38,102 bases of DNA from a virus (lineage: Duplodnaviria > Caudoviricetes): IMG/VR virus record IMGVR_UViG_3300048599_000143, positions 1 to 38,102 of that record, one strand, 5' to 3'. The notes under the pieces were generated by a model that was not told the origin of the DNA, ran no database searches, and worked only from the letters and a program-made list of their open reading frames with translations. Every line of letters starts with the position of its first letter. Within the stretch, counting starts at the first letter, position 1. The translations under genes and the position numbers were made by a program. This document shows positions 28,401 to 35,180 of this stretch, piece after piece.

Positions 28401-31400
28401 CGCTTGCTGCTTGCCCGTCACATAGCCAGGCTGGATCATCTTCGCGATGACCTTGCCGAATTGCGACCAGTATTCGGGATCGGCGTCCTTGATGGCCTGC
28501 GGCGTGGCGGCGAGAACCTTCTTCGCTTCACGCGCGGCGTCCATCACTGCCTTGCGGTCGCCGGCTTCCACCGCTTCCTCGATCTTGTCGAGTGCGGCTT
28601 CGATCGCCTTCGAGGCGCGGTCCTGCTCATCCTCGGCGGGAAGCGGGATGCCCTTGACGGTCTCGGCTTGCTGGACGATCGGCGGCTCGTCGCGGCGCGG
28701 GCCTTCCACCCGCTCGGCGGCTTTAGCCCCGCTGGCGTCTGGTTCTAGCTGGTCACCTTCTTGCGGCTGTTCAGCGCCACGAGGTTCTGCGCCAGGCGGC
28801 GGGCCTCGCTCTTGTCGGCCGCCTTCATTCCCGGCTGGCCGTTCGCGCGCCGGCGGAGGCTCTGCGCGAGGCGCATCCTCTGCTGCGGTATCAAGCGCTG
28901 ATTGGGACCATTCATCGCCGAGTCCTTTTTCGGTTGCGGATTGTACCTGATCTGCCTCGAACTTCACAGCGGCACGCTCGATCACATCGGTGAGCGCGTC
29001 GATTGGGTCAGCACCATTGACCAATACGGCCTGCGCGGCCTCCGCGATCTCTTCGTCGGTGAGCTTGGCACCGAGCTCGCGGCCGGCGGCGCGCACCTGG
29101 TCCTTTGCTTCGGAAACCCGGGCCTCTTGCTCCTCGGCCTGGCGCTGCGCCTGCCGATCGGCAGCCGCCTGCTCGTCGGCGATCGAGAACACCTTGGCGC
29201 CGCGGGCTTCGCGGTCGAAGGCTTCGAGCAGCTCGCTGATGTCGGCGCCGCCGTTGCGCAGATAGCCGGCTTCCGCCGCCGCCTCGCGCGCGCGGTCGAG
29301 GCTCATGCCGCCCCGACGAACGAGCGCGCCGAATCCGGGAACGAACACGCGGCCAAGACCGAGATAGCCGAGCTCGCCACCCTGTTCGGCGATACCGCCC
29401 CGGGAAGCAATGAACTGGAAAAGCGATTGCGGGCCGAGCTGCGGGGTGCGCTGGATGCCGCCCTTCGTCATGCGAAGGCCCGGATGGCCGCTGCCGACCA
29501 TGCGGCCGAGCACCTGCCGCACCACGCCCGGCGTCACGCCGAGCGTCTTGCCGAGCACCTTCGGATCGAGCGTTTGGCTGCGATCGGCGATCAGCTTCGT
29601 CAGTCGGGAGAATTGGTCACGCGTGACGCCGGCATGCACCGGCTCGCGATAGGACAGTGCTTTCGTGGTCTCGCCGTCCTTCGCCCAGGACTTGAAGCCC
29701 GCAACCGGCATGGCCTTGATGCCGCCGATCCGGTCCGGTCCCTTGCCGTCCGAGAACGCGCCTTCATATGCAGCGCGCGCAGCAGCTTCGCTGTCGAAGC
29801 CCTGCATGATCTTGTGCTCGTCGAAAGCGTCGGTCGCGGTGTCGATCTGATCGATGATGTAAACTTGCGACGCCTTCGGATTCGGCCCGATGAAGACATC
29901 GAGCGCGTCGCCATCCTTGCCCTTGGTGCCAAGGACTTCGCCGTAGGCCACCGGCATGGTGACTTCCCACGGGTTCGGATCGCCCGGCTTGGACCGGCGA
30001 ACACCGCCGGCCTCGGTCTCGATCGTGATGTCGAGCCCTTCCCATTTCAGGTGGCGCTTGCGGTAATTCCCGGCTTCGGCCTGCGCGGGCGTCGGATCGG
30101 CGGTCTGCTCGGCACCGAGCGCGACGTCGGACGGTTGCTCGAGCTGCACCGGCGTCTGCTTCGTACCGGCCGCGGGCGGGATGCGAACGTAGGTTTTGCC
30201 GCTCTCGTGCTTGAACTCCATGCCGGCCGCGCCAGTCACGGGATCGGGCACCATATTGGCGCTACCGATCGAGCCTCGAACCTCCTGCCAGTCCGGCGAG
30301 ACGCGGAAATTCTTCGACCACGCGTCGGCCGCCTCGATTTCCGCCCGCATCTCATCCGCGCTGCGCGGATCCGCGAGCATCTTCTCCAGCGTGAAGCGGC
30401 TGGTCGGCGGCAGCGGCTCGGCCTCGATGATGTTGTTCGCGCGATTCCAGTCTTCGACCGCGGCGCGATTCTCGGGCTGCTGACGCCAGACTGCGTAGTC
30501 CTCGTCGGACATGCCCCACGGGTTGCCGTCCGCAGCGGTCCATGGCACCTGCTGGAAGCTCGTGGGATCGATCGGCGGCAGCACTTCGCCTTCGAGCGGC
30601 GCGGCAAGATTCGCGACAGTCGGTGTCTGTGCACCGACATCTTCCGCCGGTAGCGGTGCTGCTGCGGTTTTGGCCACGGCTCGCGTCAGCGTGCCATGCG
30701 CCGGGATCGGTTCCGGCTCGATCGCCGCCGCAGGAAGCACGGCGTCGGCAGGCACAGCCTGATCCAGATTCACTGGCTGAAGTCCGGACACATCGAGTGT
30801 CGGCGCTTGCGCGTTTTGCGCGCCCTTGCCCTCCGCAGCCGAAAACGTACCTGAAGTACCGCCTCCGACGATCATGCCGACCGCGATGTTGCGCGGCACG
30901 TCCTCCAACAAATCCTGATCCGGCTTGTAGATACCGCGCGCGATGGCGTTCTGGATGAACTGCTGCAAGCCTTCCTGGCCGCCTTCGGCGAGCGCGCCGG
31001 CAACGGCGGCATAGCCGACACGGCCGATAAGCCCGAGTGCCTTGCCGGTGGAGCCCAGAGCGGGAAGCAGCGCGTCCACCACATCGGTGGCGCCAGCGAT
31101 CGTGCCGAAACGCGCCGCTTGCTGGATCTGCTCCGGAGTGGCGCCGGCCTTCACCGCGCGATCGGCGGCTTCGCCCTGCCCGCTGGTGACGAACATCAGA
31201 CCGGCGGCCGCGGGGCTGAGCAGCGACATGCCGATGCCACCGGCGACCGAGCCGAACCCCGAGCCGATGTCGCGCGTCCAGGACCGGCCTTCGAAGCCCG
31301 GTCGCGGCGCGAGCGCTTCCTTGCCGAGGTTCTCGATTGCCTCACCCGCCTGCCATACCGGGTCCTGTGTGAGCGGCGGAATCGGTGGCGGAGCTGCCCG

Positions 31401-31742
31401 CACCGTCTCCACCGCGGCGGCCGGGTCCTCGCCCGCTGCCACGCGCTCGATGCCAGCGCCGAGGCCCGCGCGTTCTTGCGCGCCCAGGCCGAGCGATTGC
31501 GAGGCGGCGATGCCTTTCAACGACGATGCAGGAAGGTTCTTCGCGCCTTCGACAAAGCTCTTGCCCAATTCGACCGGATAGTCGGACAGCGACGTCGTGA
31601 CGTTTTCGGCGCGCATCGGCGTGAGGCCGCTCACGTCGAGCGGTTTCAGGCCGCTATTGTCGAGCGGCGCCTGCGCGGAATCGACCGGCGTGAGGCCGCT
31701 CGTGTCGAGCGGTCTCAACCCGGTCACATCGAGCTGTGACAT
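19476..31742 (-). CDS. Giant DarB-like polyvalent virion/ejection protein (iPPase-like, N6-MTase, strawberry-notch SF2 helicase, zincin, LPD-like domains)
   Basis: AGNYRKRH...DGDALDVFIG...DEHK (~30100-29700); EPSAGTG and MNPPF (~27890-27680); GDGTGVGKG and FDEAH (~26630-26100); QGFGRTHRTNQ; HHEALH...EEAVA (~23300-23140); follows the ejection genes. Confidence 0.92.
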   Translation of the reverse strand: MSQLDVTGLRPLDTSGLTPVDSAQAPLDNSGLKPLDVSGLTPMRAENVTTSLSDYPVELGKSFVEGAKNLPASSLKGIAASQSLGLGAQERAGLGAGIERVAAGEDPAAAVETVRAAPPPIPPLTQDPVWQAGEAIENLGKEALAPRPGFEGRSWTRDIGSGFGSVAGGIGMSLLSPAAAGLMFVTSGQGEAADRAVKAGATPEQIQQAARFGTIAGATDVVDALLPALGSTGKALGLIGRVGYAAVAGALAEGGQEGLQQFIQNAIARGIYKPDQDLLEDVPRNIAVGMIVGGGTSGTFSAAEGKGAQNAQAPTLDVSGLQPVNLDQAVPADAVLPAAAIEPEPIPAHGTLTRAVAKTAAAPLPAEDVGAQTPTVANLAAPLEGEVLPPIDPTSFQQVPWTAADGNPWGMSDEDYAVWRQQPENRAAVEDWNRANNIIEAEPLPPTSRFTLEKMLADPRSADEMRAEIEAADAWSKNFRVSPDWQEVRGSIGSANMVPDPVTGAAGMEFKHESGKTYVRIPPAAGTKQTPVQLEQPSDVALGAEQTADPTPAQAEAGNYRKRHLKWEGLDITIETEAGGVRRSKPGDPNPWEVTMPVAYGEVLGTKGKDGDALDVFIGPNPKASQVYIIDQIDTATDAFDEHKIMQGFDSEAAARAAYEGAFSDGKGPDRIGGIKAMPVAGFKSWAKDGETTKALSYREPVHAGVTRDQFSRLTKLIADRSQTLDPKVLGKTLGVTPGVVRQVLGRMVGSGHPGLRMTKGGIQRTPQLGPQSLFQFIASRGGIAEQGGELGYLGLGRVFVPGFGALVRRGGMSLDRAREAAAEAGYLRNGGADISELLEAFDREARGAKVFSIADEQAAADRQAQRQAEEQEARVSEAKDQVRAAGRELGAKLTDEEIAEAAQAVLVNGADPIDALTDVIERAAVKFEADQVQSATEKGLGDEWSQSALDTAAEDAPRAEPPPARERPAGNEGGRQERGPPPGAEPRGAEQPQEGDQLEPDASGAKAAERVEGPRRDEPPIVQQAETVKGIPLPAEDEQDRASKAIEAALDKIEEAVEAGDRKAVMDAAREAKKVLAATPQAIKDADPEYWSQFGKVIAKMIQPGYVTGKQQAEAEATRSGAPPPAPPEPKPAARDERPGQSGAQSSMAEAEAGPMSNLPALDLATSLVGLLMAGRRITQKDLQEAAERAYKAKLSEGKFNRKDMADALELAVNIMVRDDAELRVDRGDWKSANTRLSEMLNRLPTQRVRDEEQVAYQQFSTPPHYAAAAAYAANLREGDRMLEPSAGTGSLVAAASRPGLTFFVNELAQRRVPLLRRLVGDRGRVFTEDAEQLDNILPDDVKPTVVVMNPPFSQTAGRMGNQKVPMVAANHIEAALNRLEDGGRLVAIVNGGFTKGAPAYRVWWNRIAKANTVQANIGVSGKVYEKYGTTFGTRLLVIDKVAPPAGHKPVLTEAQTVEDLMRALEPIRDGRPNASAEQRADQSTGAGMAARGEAASTDRGSPSVPAATGGVGVGGRGRSDSRDISAGGATGADVRVEPGQRDGVADQQPERAGSRGTGKQSSARPADRAEGGNGGVPAARNNLEQAGSGQSGAAAVGERVGLERVDPGKQGASEINESLYQSYEPQRVRVKGAKPHPGPLVESASMASVSPPPVTYEPHVPKKVIADGLLSLAQLETTVYAGQAHSKMLPAADGETPKRRGYFIGDGTGVGKGREISGIILDNWMQGRRKAIWISEKQTLFSDAKRDWKGLGQDPNLVFNAGKVKTGEPVQGARGIAFMTYDTLKGGMSDQAAIARGSFVRKQKVKVNGQRGIVAKVEPGNSKRPANITIDLDNKTRITVPAPEVTALEQVQVKSRVDQLVEWFGKDFDGVIAFDEAHNMGNATGGKTERGQKDAAQKALAGMALQEALPNARVVYVSATGATEVENLAYGSRLGLWGRGTPFASRDKFIADVEEGGIAAMELIARDMKQLGLYTARNLSYDGVEYDRIEHKLDDNQREIYDTLAEAWQGVLGNITAALELTGGNKDARAKSAALSAFWGAHQRFFNQIITSMQMPSVIKAVEADLAAGRQAVLQLTNTNEASQERAAAKATTAEEIEDLDITPRDQIIQLVERSFPTQEYEQYSEIVDGKEKVRSRPVTDSNGEPVQNKQAVRMRDALVERLASVRVPQGPLDMVLDHFGADVVAEVTGRGRRFILKEDEKTGQRKRVEDSRPGSANLAETDAFQAGTKKILVFSEAGGTGRSYHADNTAPSKNARRAHYLVQGGWRADKAVQGFGRTHRTNQASAPMVRLVTTDLQGQKRFISSIARRLAQLGALTKGQRQAGDQGIFSARDNLESTEAVQALRQFYNDLLRDNIKGITVDEFEKQTGLSLRNKDEEGRVLGAKEDVPPITQFLNRLLSLKIEMQNRVFDAFSERLDRVIEARQQAGLLDVGLETVRADKIVKDMEKVVHTVEDTAAETKYVKFTLSNRFKALAFNDVADSKSRPVKFYVLSPNRKVYAVAEASSLTDEKGKIVDYYRLINPISPSRVTEREKVDNGKGWSRLARDEAQDHWKKEIDAAPEFLEEPLHLISGAVLPIWDRLKGSARVVRLQTDAGEQFIGRVIPQGYVSTTLRALGTEAEAPKVTPAELFKALMDGGRATLANGWTLYRARVADQNRIELKGPSSYSEGQQAKQDGAFTEMIQHRLRYFIPTEPAAGEKAIKAITQYRPATELLERGQSADDAAESAFALRDNPEDTRLRTPFNESFLGRRESTYTHLSRELKRIGLGKVALKFEDTIERWVNGELITADGMYLRNVITIALDTENKFKTLHHEALHAIRRQGLFTPAEWSILTRAAPVWRQKFEIGRRYDSWPEWVKTEEAVAHAYAAWQSGEMQVDGRIARLFKRITDFLQVLGNALRGNGFRAAEDIFRSIDRGDIGRRSQPRDSASGQWSQQGAVAYAVPSGDGDLFKSEIVQTPDGPREQLIIPGAERISEKERLKGNPKRGRKSQRGTGGLPLFEEPNMQGDMFAVREPSPVAATLTGDELGKASSLGHLRQLASRYARANLANREVVNKATGKTIRIGWQGLKRASVGKGEDLLRIFPAIPDLLETGRYLGEQPDDRGRNDIKAIHKFGGAVEVGRRTIDVILTVREMRDGHLFYDLSKDRDARIAGAEKDTLRVRDPGLEHRGPGDSNIGELSPDDESQSKKGTAPEGLTKPDDSDEVFSLRRDPQTAIERQAVMQGFLARGQFLDRAIRMPFDWFGGTDYDGTWKPGARLFDAASRAITTAKFSVEGRFAFANPWLEVARAGLVDRYGLADDYVTRERERALDERAVMMQGAEVLRSLKDHAVGPQEAKVLQAILTGEEVSEGQMGALAEPIRAAVDHLGQEAVGLGLVSPESFERNRGTYLHRVYKKYEAEQNGLVRMVNAIMGNRRKKIIGDQLRGRGIFHEVHVGQLMKNVPGWVEAERGAPQNGERFIRLDEMPDQGALELDENRATEKPIRTVYWPADQAIPDRYERFRNQGIWEVRGAKGGKITLWRDFTKEERTRMGEILDARYTIGKTFMLMAHDLSVGKFLKDIAENEDWATSQPPSGVTLDAAEWSAQGQRYVKRGNVEWVKVPTTEIPDSGGKKRWGALAGKYVREEIWRDLNEIDVMSRPNVWRTLLTQWKLNKTARSPVVHMNNVMSNFVLMDMIDVRMQDLADGIRSYLAGDENYEEAFRHGAFGADMMTQEVREQVLKPVLDEIMRENTFQQSNQLGTLGAVSRVTELLWSKLKALDKKMIDAYRVEDEVFRMATYMRRRALGDDAKAAADMAREQFIDYDIRAPWVNMARNSILPFISYTYRAAPLVAKAVATRPWKLAKYFTIAYVLNAMAYALTGGDEDKERKSLRENEQGRTWIGTERMTRMPFNDRHKNPVFLDIRRWIPAGDIFDLSQGDLPAWLNFGGPLMIGAELFLNRQAFTGNEIVNTKTDDWWDRGKKRADHLYKSWVPSAAYVPNSFYWDRVANAVKGATDSAGRPYSVSLALASSVGIKLKPQDVEDAMKWKAIELKRVDRALNEEVQRLGRRQQRGLISETEFNKAISEIVAKKRKIQEKAEALSK
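26930..27331 (-). CDS. Putative overprinted gene (+1 frame) inside the giant gene, 133-aa acidic helical protein
   Basis: Globular composition; GGAG 10 nt before ATG; lies in the G/A/R/S-rich linker of the host frame. Confidence 0.65.
   Translation of the reverse strand: MAARTLPQNSEPINQLALEWLREAKPQAPIEDHRLYLLQLAEWGLEDAVVPTAEIYPLEEQLAQMFAWSPDSVMGWLTSNPNGPDREEQESNLLHVLQTAPKAEMAAFRLLETIWSRQVADNPALQPSASGSD
28745..28915 (-). CDS. Putative overprinted gene (+1 frame) inside the giant gene, 56-aa basic helical protein
   Basis: AAAGGA 7 nt before ATG; MNGPNQRLIPQQRMRLAQSLRRRANGQPGMKAADKSEARRLAQNLVALNSRKKVTS; occupies a disordered linker. Confidence 0.55.
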   Translation of the reverse strand: MNGPNQRLIPQQRMRLAQSLRRRANGQPGMKAADKSEARRLAQNLVALNSRKKVTS

Positions 31743-31745
31743 CGG

Positions 31746-33074
31746 TTACTTCTGGAAGAGCTGCCCGTTGACCTGGATGATCGTGCCGGGAGGCGCGCTG
31801 GTCTTGAACCAGGTGATCTGGTCCTGCGAGGTCGCAACGAACGGCGATTGCCGCGTGCCCGCGCCCTGCATGCCGCCCGCTGATCGTGCTGCAGGAGCGG
31901 GCTGCGGCGCCGGAACATCCTGCACCTCGACGCCTGTGACGGTCTTGCCGGGGCCGGTGAGATTGCGTGAGCCTGGCGCCGCTGTGGCAGGCGCAGCGGG
32001 CGCCGGTGCCGCTGCTGCGGTTGGCGTGTTCGCCTGCTGGATAAACGCCATCGCCTGCCGCGTGGTTTCCTCGGCCTTCTGATGGTTGCCGAAATTCGCC
32101 TGCAGCGCGGTGCGATAGACCTGCGAGCGGATCGTCTCGGGATTGGTCTTCGACATCGAGACCATTTGCCACGCTTCCTGCGCGTTCTTCGCCACCCCGT
32201 TGCTGATGAGCCAGTTCGCGGTCGCGACCTGCGCAGGCGTCTGCGTCTTGTTGTCGAGCGTGGTTTCCGGCGGGGTCGGTGCGTCCGGCACCTGATAGGC
32301 GGCGGCAGGATCGTTCGCGGGCGTCGCGCGCTTGGCGATGTTCTCGATATAGCTGCGCATGAATTCCTGCTGAACGCGCGGGCGGTTGGGGTAGAGCTCC
32401 TGCGCCATCTTCGCTGCTTCCGTGATGCCGGCTCGCAGCTCGGAATTCTCGATCACCGCCGGCGGGATCGTTTGGCCCGCCTGACGCGCGACCTCGACCG
32501 CGGCGTCGGTCTGACCGGCATTCAGCAATTCGAGCGACTTGTAGAACGCCTGCAATTCGGAATTCACCGCCTGCGCCTGCTGCTGGCGCAATCCGGTCTT
32601 GGCGCCCTCGATCTTGACCGGTGCGGTTGCGACCGCGACATCGGCGCCCGCCTCATTCGTGCGCGCAGCATTCGCTGCATTCTGCACCATATATGGCGCG
32701 GTCTGCTGCTTGACGCCGAGATCGACCTGGTTTCCGGCATTGCCGATGCGCGCATTGTCGATCGTATACGGCGCAGTCTCGCTCGCGATCCTTGCTTGCG
32801 TTCCCGCCATGGATGCAGCCGAGCCCTGCTGTGCGACGCGACTGTCAACCGTGCGCTGCGCGACATCGGCATTCGCGCGGGCGGTGTCGGCGCCGGCGGT
32901 CAACGTGCGCAGCCTGGTCGGCGCACCTGCAAGGTTTTCGGCATTGGCGACGATCTGCGCCTCGATCGCCAGATCGGTAGCGTAACGCTGCTGCGCGTTC
33001 TTCTGCCCGGTATTGTAGGCGTCCAAGGCGGGGTTGGACGTGATGAGGCCGAGCGGATTGGAACTGCTTGCCAT
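31746..33074 (-). CDS. Putative ejection/internal virion protein
   Basis: A/Q/N-rich helical protein between the pilot-like gene and the giant gene; probable start MASSSNPLG at 33074. Confidence 0.75.
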   Translation of the reverse strand: MASSSNPLGLITSNPALDAYNTGQKNAQQRYATDLAIEAQIVANAENLAGAPTRLRTLTAGADTARANADVAQRTVDSRVAQQGSAASMAGTQARIASETAPYTIDNARIGNAGNQVDLGVKQQTAPYMVQNAANAARTNEAGADVAVATAPVKIEGAKTGLRQQQAQAVNSELQAFYKSLELLNAGQTDAAVEVARQAGQTIPPAVIENSELRAGITEAAKMAQELYPNRPRVQQEFMRSYIENIAKRATPANDPAAAYQVPDAPTPPETTLDNKTQTPAQVATANWLISNGVAKNAQEAWQMVSMSKTNPETIRSQVYRTALQANFGNHQKAEETTRQAMAFIQQANTPTAAAAPAPAAPATAAPGSRNLTGPGKTVTGVEVQDVPAPQPAPAARSAGGMQGAGTRQSPFVATSQDQITWFKTSAPPGTIIQVNGQLFQK

Positions 33075-33090
33075 GTTGAAGTCCGTGCCG

Positions 33091-33852
33091 TTAAAGCCCG
33101 AGCCGCTTCTCGATATTGGTGAGCCGATCGCCGTAGCGGCTTTCGCGCGACTGATTGGAAATGATCGAACTGATGTCGCCGATCGCCTGACCGTACAGCT
33201 TGCCGTTCGCAGCATCAGCCTGCGCTTCGTAGAGCCCGCTCTTCGCGGCGGAATCGCCTGCGACCTTGCCGGTGTTCGAGATCAGGTTGGCGGAGTTGTT
33301 ACCGAGGCCCGCGGTGAGGTTCGCGACGTTGGTGCCGACCTGCATGGTCTGGCCCGCACCGGCCATCTCCGCCGCATTCGAGCGCCCTGCCATGACATTG
33401 GCGGCGTCGACCGCGCGCTGCTTGTTCTTCTCCAGCGCATCATTGGCAAAGTCCGTCTCGGCCGAGCGAAACAGCGAACGCGCGGTACGACCGGAACCTG
33501 CGAATTGCGAGCCGCGGATTTGGTTGTCGACGCTGCGGCGCAATTCGTCGAGCTGCGCCTGCTGTGTTGGCGTAAGCTTGCCGGGATCTGCAACGACGCC
33601 CCGCAGATAGGTGCCGCCCGGGGCATTGGTCTCCTGAATCTGGCGATAGGCTTCCTGCGAGACTTCGTTCGCCTGCTGGATGGCAGCGGTCGCTTCCGCG
33701 GTGCGGCGCTCGAGCTCGGCTTGCGCGCGAGCATTGGCTTCGGCCTGAAGCCGCGCACGTTCGCGTTCGGCCTCGGCCGCGGTCGCCGCGGCCCGGCTGT
33801 TGGCCGAGCTTGAGAACAGCGCTCCGCCAATGCCCGCAATGAGTTCCCACAT
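33091..33852 (-). CDS. Putative DNA pilot/ejection protein (P22 gp7-like)
   Basis: N-terminal LIAGIGGALFSS..N.RAA, coiled coil, A/G/N-rich C-terminus; typical position. Confidence 0.72.
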   Translation of the reverse strand: MWELIAGIGGALFSSSANSRAAATAAEAERERARLQAEANARAQAELERRTAEATAAIQQANEVSQEAYRQIQETNAPGGTYLRGVVADPGKLTPTQQAQLDELRRSVDNQIRGSQFAGSGRTARSLFRSAETDFANDALEKNKQRAVDAANVMAGRSNAAEMAGAGQTMQVGTNVANLTAGLGNNSANLISNTGKVAGDSAAKSGLYEAQADAANGKLYGQAIGDISSIISNQSRESRYGDRLTNIEKRLGL

Positions 33853-33864
33853 CGCAGTCTACTT

Positions 33865-34197
33865 TCAGGCTTGGGCGCCGATTCTGCCGAGCGCCGTGGT
33901 TGGCTTTGCGGTCTGGAAGGGAGCGGGCTTGCCCGCGTCCGCTGGCGGAGGCGAATCGGGCGCGGGCATCGCCGGACCTTGGCCGCACAGATCGAGCAGG
34001 AAGCCAATCTCGGGCACGATCTTCTTCAACGCCGCGAGCGCGGGCTGCGAGATGCCCGTCTTCATGGCGGCGATCTCCTGATCGGACAGCGCACCGGCGC
34101 GGTTCAGCAATTCGCTCTGAAGCGGATCGTTGGGATCGATCTGCGCCTCGATCTCGGGCGGCATCGGCTTGCCGAGCGGAGAATTGGGATCAAACAT
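33865..34197 (-). CDS. Hypothetical virion-module protein
   Basis: GAGGAG RBS; in the late operon. Confidence 0.75.
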   Translation of the reverse strand: MFDPNSPLGKPMPPEIEAQIDPNDPLQSELLNRAGALSDQEIAAMKTGISQPALAALKKIVPEIGFLLDLCGQGPAMPAPDSPPPADAGKPAPFQTAKPTTALGRIGAQA

Positions 34198-34207
34198 CGG
34201 GCTCTCC

Positions 34208-34573
34208 TCAAAACCACTTGTTCAGCGTGCGACTGATGCCATTTCCCATTTGATTGACGAAGTTGCCGTAGCTCGACACAGCCTGCGCCGGCGTCGACGC
34301 GGTATTCTGCACGCCCTGCGGCGCGGGCTCCATCGGCATTGCACTGACGGCGGCGAGCCTAGTGGTTGATTGTCTAGGTTCGAGCAGGTCGGCGAGTTGC
34401 GAGCCCTGCCCCTGCACCGCCTGACCTCGGGCGGCGAGGTCCGCCGAACTTGCCTGCAGATTGCCGCTGGTCGGATCGAGTTGGCCGCCGACAAACTGCG
34501 GCGTGCGCTGTTCGGTGTAGCGCGATGGCATCAGGTCGGTGCCACTTTGTCCAAGGGGAGATTGCCTCGCCAT
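34208..34573 (-). CDS. Hypothetical virion-module protein
   Basis: Fills the operon; Q/S/A-rich; start 34573 or 34579. Confidence 0.6.
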   Translation of the reverse strand: MARQSPLGQSGTDLMPSRYTEQRTPQFVGGQLDPTSGNLQASSADLAARGQAVQGQGSQLADLLEPRQSTTRLAAVSAMPMEPAPQGVQNTASTPAQAVSSYGNFVNQMGNGISRTLNKWF

Positions 34574-34583
34574 GTTCAAGCCC

Positions 34584-35180
34584 TCATGTCAGTTTTGGAA
34601 AAAGGATGACGTCGAATGACACCGTGTTGCCGACGCCAGGCGCCGCGGCAGTGGTGAAGGTGAAGCTGTCGGCTGCAACGCTGATGCGCGTCACCACGAA
34701 CGCGCTGGCGGCCGGCGCGCCGCTGAAATCCTTGGTGGTCGCCAGCACCACATATTCCGCGCTCGCAGGCTTCTCGCCGTCGCCGAAGACGTAGGTGAGC
34801 TGGTTGTTTGTGCTCGCGAGTTGCAGTGTCTTCTGAAAGAAGGCCGCGGTGCGCGTCAGCTCGCTGTTCGCCTGCGTTCCGAGCTGGAACGCCTCATTCG
34901 CGGTGAGCTGGGCCTGCGCGATCGTGGTGTTGGCCGGATCGGGCAGATTGTCGGGCTCGAGCTCGGCGGATTGCGCCTGATAGGTCGGATCGAGCAGCCC
35001 GCTCTGCACCACCGCCGCCTGGTAGAACTGATGCAGATAATCGTTGAGGATTTTCGCGTCCGCATTGTAATCGCCGGTCAGGCGTGGCGGCGTCTGGATC
35101 GTTGTCTCGTTGCGCGCGCGCTGCGTCGTTTGCTGCGCGGGCTGGCTGTCGGCTGCGGCCGTCGAGACGTCATCCGCCAT
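34584..35180 (-). CDS. Putative tail accessory protein
   Basis: Coupled to the gp10-like gene; beta-rich C-terminal domain. Confidence 0.7.
   Translation of the reverse strand: MADDVSTAAADSQPAQQTTQRARNETTIQTPPRLTGDYNADAKILNDYLHQFYQAAVVQSGLLDPTYQAQSAELEPDNLPDPANTTIAQAQLTANEAFQLGTQANSELTRTAAFFQKTLQLASTNNQLTYVFGDGEKPASAEYVVLATTKDFSGAPAASAFVVTRISVAADSFTFTTAAAPGVGNTVSFDVILFPKLT

Noticed and set aside
30236-30640. Third nested +1-frame ORF in the giant gene
   Set aside because: R/S/C-rich, non-globular sequence with no convincing RBS
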